The notes under the pieces are model-generated. The model searched no databases and was not told where the DNA came from. It saw only the letters and a program-made list of their open reading frames with translations. This document shows, piece by piece, positions 28,304-36,544 of a stretch of DNA of 64,000 bases. Source of the DNA: a bacterium (GTDB lineage: Bacteria > Zixibacteria > MSB-5A5 > GN15 > FEB-12); contig JBDRNJ010000021.1 in assembly GCA_043811375.1 (NCBI GenBank), positions 33,937 to 97,936 on the forward strand. The letters are read 5' to 3'. Both the position numbers and the translations under genes were made by a program. Position 1 is the first letter of the stretch. Each line of letters starts with the position of its first letter.

Positions 28304-31171
28304 TCACGGAATTATCACCGAAAAGGTCAACGGTTTGATTCCTTTCCGGGATTCATTGACATCACTACCGAAGTAGTATCCAAAGTCGAATTTGAAGACA
28401 TTTTTCATGTAGAGACCGACACCAAAGGTGAAGGTTTTCAATTTACCTTCCTCGTCATGAATGTAGCCGACCCGTCCGGCGATAGTATTGGCGTACATCA
28501 CTTCCCAGCCGGTGTTGAACGTGACTTGTTTCAGCTCCTCGCTGATACCGTCTCCCAGTCCCACCATGAGCTTATTCACTTCACTGGCGAACAGGACATA
28601 GTAGTAGTCTGACTGCAGCAGCTTGTAGGAAAAGCCCAGGGAAAGGTTGCGTGGGAGGTCGTCGGCCTGAGCGGCATCGATATAGGCCATTTTGGGTCCC
28701 AGGTTGGTCAGTGCCAGCCCGCAATTGAAGCGCAGGTTCATCTGATACAACAAGCCCACATCGATGGCGAAGCCGGTCGAGGTACCCTGCCCCTGTTCCC
28801 GGCCGGCACCCTGGTCCGTGAGACGGGAGTAGATCACTTTGGCGGAGATACCGCCCTTAAGCTTCGAGGTCAGTGCAGTACCGTACGAACCGGACATGGA
28901 GACATCGAAGGATTCAAACTCGCCGACTACTTCCGGGCTGTTGAGAGTGCGGGCGAAGCGGCCGTATGAGATGTAGGTGATGTTGCCGCCGAAAGTGCCC
29001 CAATTGCCGCTGTTGATCGCCACCGATGCGAATCCGTAGTACAGGTCGTCAGCCAGTTCCGGCAGCCATTTGGCATACATAAAGGCGATCTCGGCCCGAC
29101 CGTTGGCCTTGATGACGACCTTGTCATTGCCGGCGGCCCAGAGCCCATCGTCGTGAGAAATCACCTGCACGGCGCTGGTTCGGTCCATTCCATACTGATA
29201 AACATGACTCCAGCCATCCTGGTCAAACTTTACCAGTCCGTCGGCAGTGGAAAAATAGACGCGGTCACGAGTGCCGCTGATGGCACGGACAGGCGTCGCT
29301 ATCGGATTGCGTGGAATCTTAACCGTCCGTCCGGCAGCCAGAGGCTGTTGAGGCAGGTCGTTTATTGCTTTGATTCTGTCAGCGAACTGACGCGCACTGG
29401 TGGAATCACGATGTCTCTTCATTCCCACCAGGTCAGACAGGGTCTGGCCATCCTCTACTATGTACTCGCGGTAGCCGGGTGTGAACCAGCGGTCCCGGTC
29501 AAAGACCAGCAGTCCCAATTCGGTGCCGAACCAGACCTTGGTGTGGGCCGGGTAGATGGCATCGACACGCCCCTTGATCTCGGCCACGTAAGGTACTCTC
29601 ACTACGGAGCCGGGAGTCAGGTCGCCCGGTTCGAGCGGAACAACCGCAGCTTCGATCCCGGCAGTGGCAGTATCTGCAAAAGCCGCGGTGTCGCTTTCCT
29701 CAATGACGGGTTCCGGTGCGGTGTCCGCAACATCAGCAGAATCAACCTCAGCAACTGAAGGACCGGCCGAATCCGGTGTGTCACTATCAGGGATGGCAGC
29801 TTCCGGTGTCGTTTCCACGACATTTTCCGATTCAACTTCGACAACAGCCGAATCGGCTTCGGGTAGATCCCCGACACTGGTCGAGTCAACAGCAACGGCA
29901 ACACCGGCGGTGTCCTCTGTTCGCTGCTGGTTGAGCAGATGGAATTTCTCTACGAACTGCTCCTGTTCGATGAGCGAACCGTAGAGAGAGAATTTCTCGG
30001 CGATCTTCTCGGGGGTGTCGTCCAGGGCCACAGTGTATTCAAAGTAGTTGGTCCAGGTCTTGCCGTCAAAGTGATACAGGTCCTGATCGAGGGCTATCCA
30101 TAAGTCGCTGCTGCCGGATGCACCAATGGCTGTCACAGCACCATCCGGAAGCAGGTCGCCGCCACTTATGGGCACCACCTGCTGGCCTGCAAAGCGGGCC
30201 AGACCATGATCGGTGCCGATATAGATGCCGGAACCGGTGGCGTGCAGGCAGAGTATATTATGAGAGGGCAGATCGTCCGCCATGCTCAAAGATCGCCAGC
30301 GTCGTCCGTTGAAGACATACAGGCCATCGTTGGTTCCCACCATGAGGGCATCTTCACTGGACACCAGGGCGGTCAGGTTGTCGCCGAACAGCGCTGAGTA
30401 GGGGATCGTGAGTTCTTCTGGCACAAATCGGTTTTGGGATCGCTCCACCGCGATATTGATGCGTTCCACCTCCGTCTCAATCAGCACGCTGTCCCTCAGG
30501 CCTGCCTGCAACAACCGGGTAATTTCAGAGACATTTTCCCAATTGATCAGGCACTGCTCGTAGACAGCCAGCAGACTGTCGAACCCTATGCGCAGCGATT
30601 CCGTATCGTCATAGTCCGCCGGTACCACTGCCAGGACGCTGTCGCGGAGTTCCTCCAGGGCGGTCGGGGTCATGGCGCTGTTGGCCTGAGCTACCGCAGC
30701 TACCATGTTAGCCAGAAGTTCTTCATCTTCAATGCCAAAGTAGGATTTCACGACTCCAGCGACAGTCTGGTCGGTTCTGAGGCTGAAAATCTCTCCCAGG
30801 TGCCATCGACGATGGTCGTAGCGGGCGAGGCCTTGCGGTGTTATGGCCCAGATATCATACTTCTGGTACTCCTGCCCGCCCTCGTTGCGGAAGGTTGCGA
30901 TATTTTTCAGCGGTTGCAGGTGAGCCGGAACTTTCACCTCCACCCAGGTATCGGCCAGAGGATAGGCACCCAGTCCGGCCGGGTTCCAGTGAGTGGCGGT
31001 GGCATCGTCGGCAATGGCCACAAATGCTTCTCCCATCCCGGCTGCTCGCGCTCCCGGAGCAATCCTGAGAAAGAGCACTGCCGCGTTGGAAATATCGGCA
31101 TAGCTGGCTGTCGCCGATGCCATCACGGTGACGGCGGTGATCAGGACTATGTAGAGTTTCCTGGTTGTCAT
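28304..31171 (-). CDS. porV: PorV-family T9SS outer membrane protein with a large internal insertion
   Basis: N-terminal FLRIAPGARAAGMGEAFVAIADDATATHWNPAGL; C-terminal barrel YAKWLPELADDLYY...FAIDVG...NLGPKMAY...DDLPRNL; directly downstream of porU. Confidence 0.85.
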   Translation of the reverse strand: MTTRKLYIVLITAVTVMASATASYADISNAAVLFLRIAPGARAAGMGEAFVAIADDATATHWNPAGLGAYPLADTWVEVKVPAHLQPLKNIATFRNEGGQEYQKYDIWAITPQGLARYDHRRWHLGEIFSLRTDQTVAGVVKSYFGIEDEELLANMVAAVAQANSAMTPTALEELRDSVLAVVPADYDDTESLRIGFDSLLAVYEQCLINWENVSEITRLLQAGLRDSVLIETEVERINIAVERSQNRFVPEELTIPYSALFGDNLTALVSSEDALMVGTNDGLYVFNGRRWRSLSMADDLPSHNILCLHATGSGIYIGTDHGLARFAGQQVVPISGGDLLPDGAVTAIGASGSSDLWIALDQDLYHFDGKTWTNYFEYTVALDDTPEKIAEKFSLYGSLIEQEQFVEKFHLLNQQRTEDTAGVAVAVDSTSVGDLPEADSAVVEVESENVVETTPEAAIPDSDTPDSAGPSVAEVDSADVADTAPEPVIEESDTAAFADTATAGIEAAVVPLEPGDLTPGSVVRVPYVAEIKGRVDAIYPAHTKVWFGTELGLLVFDRDRWFTPGYREYIVEDGQTLSDLVGMKRHRDSTSARQFADRIKAINDLPQQPLAAGRTVKIPRNPIATPVRAISGTRDRVYFSTADGLVKFDQDGWSHVYQYGMDRTSAVQVISHDDGLWAAGNDKVVIKANGRAEIAFMYAKWLPELADDLYYGFASVAINSGNWGTFGGNITYISYGRFARTLNSPEVVGEFESFDVSMSGSYGTALTSKLKGGISAKVIYSRLTDQGAGREQGQGTSTGFAIDVGLLYQMNLRFNCGLALTNLGPKMAYIDAAQADDLPRNLSLGFSYKLLQSDYYYVLFASEVNKLMVGLGDGISEELKQVTFNTGWEVMYANTIAGRVGYIHDEEGKLKTFTFGVGLYMKNVFKFDFGYYFGSDVNESRKGIKPLTFSVIIP

Positions 31172-31192
31172 AACGGGTGTCTCCTGTGAAAT

Positions 31193-34100
31193 CTAATTAA
31201 TGACTACTACTTTTCCAAACGATTCAACGGTTTCACCGCCATCGGCGGGCACAGCCGTGGCGCGGTAGATGTATACGCCGGTGGCTACCCGGTCGCCGCT
31301 GTCATCGCGGCCATACCATACTATATCGTCATAGTACCCGGCCGACGGATACAGCGGACCAAAACTTTTTATTTTCCGCCCCGACAGGGTGAAAATCTCA
31401 AGCAAAAACTGACTTACCGGCCTGCTCAGTTGGGCGGAGAAGCGGGTGAAGTCTTTCATCGGATTGGGGTAATTCAACAATTCGATGATAGCCAGCTTCT
31501 CTTCAGTCAGCACCTCGGCGGAGAACTCATGGGTGGCGGAATTGTTGGCATTATCCCAGGCCTTGATCTTGAAAGTGTGTTTTCCCGGAGGCATATCCTC
31601 AAACGGGTAAATCAGTTGGCCGCGGGTGTAATCATCCTGGTAATACTCAAAAAGCTCGGTCAGGTCATAGGTGTTTTCGCTGCGGTCATCCAGTTCAAGA
31701 GTGATTCCGTGTCCGAGGGCGGCAGTTAGATTGATTCCGGAGGAATCAGACAGCGTGATCTGAAGCCGGTCATGGCGGCTGACAATATCTCCCGAAACAA
31801 ATCCGGCACGACCGGGTATGGAGCATTCTATGTCCGGTCCGGTGGAATCGGACACTGTCACTATGCTGTCGGATACGGTTATAGAATCGATCAGTCCGGC
31901 CGCGTCGATAGTGTCGAGTACGGCGTAGACCACAATCCGGGCGCCATTGCCTCCATAGCCGAGGTCAAGCGGGCAGATGAAAACGAAGTCAAAAAATCCA
32001 CCGGTGATACCGGCGGAACCGCGAAAGATGGTCGGACCTGTGACGGTGTAGTCGATTTCCTGCGTGATATCACCGGAGCTGTTTATTACCCGATGGGTCC
32101 TGGAGCGTTCGGAGTCGAATACGTTGATCATCAGGGAACCGTCACGTTCATAGAGCTGGTCATTTTGGTCAATAACGCGACCGACGACATGGGTTCGCCC
32201 GAGGGCGATGAGGCTGTCGGGTGGTTCGGAGAACTCCACTTTCAGACGAGGAGCACCCAGTTTCAGGCAGGGGTCGCCAAAGAAGAGATAGGCCTGATCG
32301 TTTTTTTTCTGGCTGGGGACCGAGGAACTGCCATACTGCCGGAGTAGTTTGGCGGTATACACGGCCTCGCCCACTGAGAGAGAATTGTCTTTGAACAGAA
32401 CATCAAAGAATTTCTGGTTGAACAGAGCGTTGTCAAAAGAGTTCACGAGCCGGGTGGCGGTTACTGTTCCGGAAGCTCCGCCCTGACGATAAACCAACAG
32501 ATCCTCGGCCATTCCTTCCCGGCCGGGATCGTCGAAAAAGCCGATCTCACAGGAAGCGCTGAAGATCAGCGGCAACCGATCCTGGTTACGCAATCGGGAC
32601 AAGTCACCCGTCCGGGTGAATACTTGTTCATCCGTCCACACGTCGGGGTTGCCGTGACCGGCAAAATTGATCACCAGGGAACCATCGTTAAAAGCATCGA
32701 CAATCAGATCGTTCACGGCCGGTTTCTTCATGTTGACGAGAGGATATTCCCAGAGATAGATCTTGTTGCGGTTAAACAGCCGCGGCAGATAATTTTTTTC
32801 CAATATTTCCGTCTGTGTGACGTGGAAAGTCTCGTTGCTGTAACGGCCGTACTCATCGTCGGCCACCAGCGTGACGTTGGTTCGCCAGAGTCCCAGGCTG
32901 GTCGGTGACTCGTGACACCTGATCTTGGACATGATGGTACTGATTTCACCTGCCGTCCGTACCGGCCAGCGGGCCACCAGCATGTCATAACCTCGGTCGG
33001 GTGAGACATAGCCGGTATCGAAACTGGTGTCGCTGTCAAGTATGCCATACCTGCCGAAGTAGACGTAGTTGTCGTCGGAGGCCGACTGGTCGTAAGCATG
33101 AATGTACGCCGGCACGTAGTTGCTCACTCCGGTTCGCAGATGATTCAGGAAGTCGTAGTTGGCGTCACCCACCATCAGGACGGTGGCCGGCGCCGGCGGT
33201 GAATAATGCTCGTAGGCATACTTGAGAAAATCCCTTATCGCCGTGGGATCATATAAACCATATCCGAAATTATCCATGATGTCACTGACCGTTACAACCT
33301 CCACTGCCGGACCCCGGTCGCGGCGATAGTCCACGTAGTCTGCTAGGGCGTCTTTTAGCTGATGGGCGGTGACGATCAGCAGGTCGGCGCGGGTGTTGTT
33401 CGATTTGAGATTGGCCGGACTGACCCTTTCTATGGCGGCGGGATTGTCGGCCCGATCAACCGATGTCAGATAAAGTCGATTGGGGCTGCCGATGCTGAAA
33501 TAATGCCGCAACGTAAGCATCCCTCCCGAACGTTCATACCCGGTCAGCATCGCCGGCCGCAGCGGATCAGCCAGGTCCAGCACGATTACCGATGAGGGAA
33601 AACTGTCCACAACGGAGAGCCGGGCCGCTCCCGTAAAGTTGCCGAGCGTTATGTCCAGTTGACCATGATCGGCCACCAGACGACTGGTGTAAACCAGGTC
33701 GAAGTGGTCGAAATAGGGGGGGGCGTTGAATTCTTTCCAGAGTCGCAGTCGAATTTCATTGGCCCCATCGACAAAACGGGTTGACCGGTAGCTGCAGCCG
33801 GTACGGCTGCGCAGGCCGTCCAGTTCATGACCACCGTTTACGTAAAGGTCGATAAAGCCATAATCATCGTCCACGATGTTGTTGTCGTTGGTCAGGCCGG
33901 TCAGGCGGACACTATCGATATCCCCGGTGATGTTCCCCGGCGCGGATACCCAGAATGTCAGGTCGGTCTCTTTGGTCCAGTACCAGCGGTAGTAATCGTC
34001 AATGTGGCCGCTGTTGAGTCGTCGGAGAAGATTATCCTGTTCCAGGTGAACGTGGCGGTTGAAAGCCGTGATGACGGTGTCGACGGCGCCACCGGTACCT

Positions 34101-35077
34101 GCATCCACCTGAGTCATCCGCCTGCCGGCATCGGCCAAGCCGGAAACCGTCAGCCAGTAGATATTGCGATCACAGTAGTGGTTATTGATGAATTGCGGAG
34201 ACTGATCGGCTGTATACAGCCAGCGATCGACCGTTTCACCATAAAACAGGAAGTAGTCGTTGCTGTGGAAAACGCCATCGCCGCCGTCCTGTACATCGAT
34301 AGCCATCTCGATCAGTTCCGGGCGGGGTTGGCTGTTGTCAATCGGCAATTGCAGTCCCCCGGCGTTGAACAGATGCAACGAGTCGGAGGGCAGGTCATCC
34401 AGAATAAGCCCGGCCTGGGCCAATTGGGCGCCGGTAATTTTAACCAGGCCGGTCTGATTGACTGCAATTTTGTACCAGACGGAACTGGCCTCCAGTTGGT
34501 GGGCTGTCGGAGCGGCAATTGGCGTTTTTTGGACAGACATGGTCGACCAGGTTCGGAACTGGTTGTAGTTGGCCAGCGAAGATTGAAATATGCGATCAAA
34601 CAGCGGGTCAGATACAGCCGCGCCGGTTGCCGAACCACCCGTAAACTGCAGACGCACAGTAACTGAATGATAAATGGCGTCTCCGACAGTGGGGAAGATT
34701 TGCACTGCTACTGATTGCCGCCCGCGGATGGTTACAGGATCGGTGACGACTGCCGGCGGATGAATCCGATCGGACCAGTTGTCGACAGCCGGTGATTGGC
34801 CGCCCGCCGGAACCAGCGAATCAGCGGTGACTTCCAGCAGCGTAACCCGGGAACCGAAGGGAATACCGACCGGCACACTGCAATATAATGTCACCGTCGA
34901 GTCTGATTCTATCTGTTGTTCGAGATTGGAAGGTCTTATAGTCACGCGGAAGTGAAACTCGGTTCGATTCGATGAGAGAACCTCAAGGTCGCTATCATAA
35001 CTGAGCGCGGAAGATATTCCTGTCTGGGATAAAACCAGGAGGACAGAAAGAAACGACTTATACCAATACTGTTTCAT
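31193..35077 (-). CDS. porU: T9SS sortase PorU (gingipain/C25 family)
   Basis: WYKIAVNQTGLVKIT, DPTAIRDFLK, catalytic NFAGHG (His) and SASCEIGFFD (Cys), IKAWDNANN, CTD NYPNP...ATGVYIY. Confidence 0.92.
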   Translation of the reverse strand: MKQYWYKSFLSVLLVLSQTGISSALSYDSDLEVLSSNRTEFHFRVTIRPSNLEQQIESDSTVTLYCSVPVGIPFGSRVTLLEVTADSLVPAGGQSPAVDNWSDRIHPPAVVTDPVTIRGRQSVAVQIFPTVGDAIYHSVTVRLQFTGGSATGAAVSDPLFDRIFQSSLANYNQFRTWSTMSVQKTPIAAPTAHQLEASSVWYKIAVNQTGLVKITGAQLAQAGLILDDLPSDSLHLFNAGGLQLPIDNSQPRPELIEMAIDVQDGGDGVFHSNDYFLFYGETVDRWLYTADQSPQFINNHYCDRNIYWLTVSGLADAGRRMTQVDAGTGGAVDTVITAFNRHVHLEQDNLLRRLNSGHIDDYYRWYWTKETDLTFWVSAPGNITGDIDSVRLTGLTNDNNIVDDDYGFIDLYVNGGHELDGLRSRTGCSYRSTRFVDGANEIRLRLWKEFNAPPYFDHFDLVYTSRLVADHGQLDITLGNFTGAARLSVVDSFPSSVIVLDLADPLRPAMLTGYERSGGMLTLRHYFSIGSPNRLYLTSVDRADNPAAIERVSPANLKSNNTRADLLIVTAHQLKDALADYVDYRRDRGPAVEVVTVSDIMDNFGYGLYDPTAIRDFLKYAYEHYSPPAPATVLMVGDANYDFLNHLRTGVSNYVPAYIHAYDQSASDDNYVYFGRYGILDSDTSFDTGYVSPDRGYDMLVARWPVRTAGEISTIMSKIRCHESPTSLGLWRTNVTLVADDEYGRYSNETFHVTQTEILEKNYLPRLFNRNKIYLWEYPLVNMKKPAVNDLIVDAFNDGSLVINFAGHGNPDVWTDEQVFTRTGDLSRLRNQDRLPLIFSASCEIGFFDDPGREGMAEDLLVYRQGGASGTVTATRLVNSFDNALFNQKFFDVLFKDNSLSVGEAVYTAKLLRQYGSSSVPSQKKNDQAYLFFGDPCLKLGAPRLKVEFSEPPDSLIALGRTHVVGRVIDQNDQLYERDGSLMINVFDSERSRTHRVINSSGDITQEIDYTVTGPTIFRGSAGITGGFFDFVFICPLDLGYGGNGARIVVYAVLDTIDAAGLIDSITVSDSIVTVSDSTGPDIECSIPGRAGFVSGDIVSRHDRLQITLSDSSGINLTAALGHGITLELDDRSENTYDLTELFEYYQDDYTRGQLIYPFEDMPPGKHTFKIKAWDNANNSATHEFSAEVLTEEKLAIIELLNYPNPMKDFTRFSAQLSRPVSQFLLEIFTLSGRKIKSFGPLYPSAGYYDDIVWYGRDDSGDRVATGVYIYRATAVPADGGETVESFGKVVVIN

Positions 35078-35152
35078 CAGAGACCGAGCACTCCACTCGA
35101 CTCCGAAACCGCAGAGAAACCAAAGCCACGGTTATCGGGCCATCAAACTATA

Positions 35153-35167
35153 GCTGTCCGGGACAGC
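35153..35167. promoter_or_regulatory. Perfect palindrome GCTGTCC-g-GGACAGC in the porU leader, candidate operator
   Basis: 7-1-7 inverted repeat between the predicted promoter and the porU start; loop too small for a full-length RNA hairpin. Confidence 0.4.
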
Positions 35168-35234
35168 AATTAAAATAGATCAACCGTTAGCCGTAGCTCT
35201 ATAGTCACTCCTTTATTAAAGTATAAGTCATTCG

Positions 35235-35263
35235 ATAATACAAGGTTCCATTGAGAATGTCAA
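35235..35263 (-). promoter_or_regulatory. Near-consensus sigma70 promoter of the porU operon
   Basis: TTGACA (35263-35258), 17 nt, TATTAT (35240-35235). Confidence 0.75.
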
Positions 35264-35334
35264 CAACAGAACTTTTCCGTCCTCTGTTTGGATGCAATTT
35301 TCGGGCCGATCCTCTCATTAACTCCATTTAGTTT

Positions 35335-35569
35335 AGCTAACACAGTGAATGATAGCGTGTTGCGCTTACGGAAGGCGTTTACTGCACCTACCCTGAAATG
35401 GTCGAATTCTGATTCCGTCGCCATTAATACTGAACTTCCTTTCACACTGGTGTCGGGTGCAGTTCAATATCAACCTCGTTGACGGTAAGGCCGAGCCGAA
35501 GATCCGATCAGTCACCGGTACCGAGCCGGTGACGCTTTGAAGTTGATCACCCGAAGGCAATGTGTTACT
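35335..35569 (-). ncRNA. Candidate structured non-coding RNA of unknown family (~235 nt)
   Basis: Ends pair (UAACACA/UGUGUUA); 13-bp stem UUGAUAUUGAACU/AGUUCAGUAUUAA with G-U pairs only on the minus strand; GUCACCGG/CCGGUGAC hairpin; no convincing ORF. Confidence 0.45.
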
Positions 35570-35637
35570 ATGTATTGATTGAGCATATTGTAGCCATTGA
35601 CAAGTGCCCCCTCACGGGGTGTTCATGGATGTGAGTT

Positions 35638-36543
35638 TTGGAGAACGCCTGGATAAAAATTGTTGCCCTGCTTATGGGTTTGCTGCTGTGGTTCCATGTG
35701 GCCACGGAGAAGGTCTATAAGTACCGGCTGGCGCTTCCCATTACCGATATTGCTCTCGGTGAGAAGTTGACACTGGCCGAGGCACCTGCTGATTCGTTCA
35801 CGGTTGTTGTTTCCGCCAGCGGCAAACAGTTGCTGCGGCGCCAGTGGCGTCGACGGGGTATCAGGATAATGGCTGTCCAACTGGGTCCCGGCCGCCACAC
35901 TCTCAGTCTGACGACAACCAATACTTTTCTGTCCAATCCGGGGGGCTTTGTCCGGCTCGAGGAGGTTGTTTCTCCGACTTCGATGCTTCTCAGTGTTGAT
36001 TACATTGCCGAACGAAAGGTGGCTGTGAGATCGGATGTCTCGGCTGTACCCGACGAAGGCTTTGCGGTGCTGTCCATTTCTCCCCCTCAGCCGGCTGAGG
36101 TAACCTTGCGGGGTGCCCGGTCGCTGGTGCGGGAAGTAACAAATGTCGTCACCGAACCCAGGGTGCTGGCTAACCTGCGAGACAATCTTACAATCACGCT
36201 GCCGCTGGCTGAGCCGGAGGGGTATCAGGTTATCCTACAGCCGGATTCGGTAACGCTCGCCATAACCATTGTGGCGGTCAAGACTCGGGTTATTGATGCC
36301 ATACCGGTAATGGTCATAAACGCCCCGGCCGATCGACATCTGATCGTGTTCCCGCCCCAACTGGAGGTTGAGCTAACCGGCCCGCCGGATGATATCGACA
36401 CCCTCAGCGGTAATTCAATCAATGCTACCGTTGACTACAGTGAGCTTGATTCCCGGGGCCGGGGACCGGTCACCGTGATTTGTCCGACACTGTTTGAGGT
36501 GAAGAAGATTTCAGTGGATACGGTTACAGTCATCGGGGAGTGA
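35638..36543 (+). CDS. YbbR/CdaR-like domain protein
   Basis: N-terminal TM N.WIKIVALLMGLLLWFHV, repeated YbbR units (PAEVTLRGA, PPQLEVELTGP). TTG start. Confidence 0.8.
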   Translation: MENAWIKIVALLMGLLLWFHVATEKVYKYRLALPITDIALGEKLTLAEAPADSFTVVVSASGKQLLRRQWRRRGIRIMAVQLGPGRHTLSLTTTNTFLSNPGGFVRLEEVVSPTSMLLSVDYIAERKVAVRSDVSAVPDEGFAVLSISPPQPAEVTLRGARSLVREVTNVVTEPRVLANLRDNLTITLPLAEPEGYQVILQPDSVTLAITIVAVKTRVIDAIPVMVINAPADRHLIVFPPQLEVELTGPPDDIDTLSGNSINATVDYSELDSRGRGPVTVICPTLFEVKKISVDTVTVIGE

Positions 36544-36544
36544 A

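Noticed and set aside
35101..35200. AAAGCCACGG resembling part of a c-di-GMP-I riboswitch
   Set aside because: Wrong strand for porU, and the GGCAAA/GAAA P2 and matching P3 elements are missing.
35260..35560. Three 61-64-aa ORFs in the porU-ybbR intergenic region
   Set aside because: No RBS or recognisable motifs, mutually overlapping; RNA structure explains the region better, though a peptide is not excluded.
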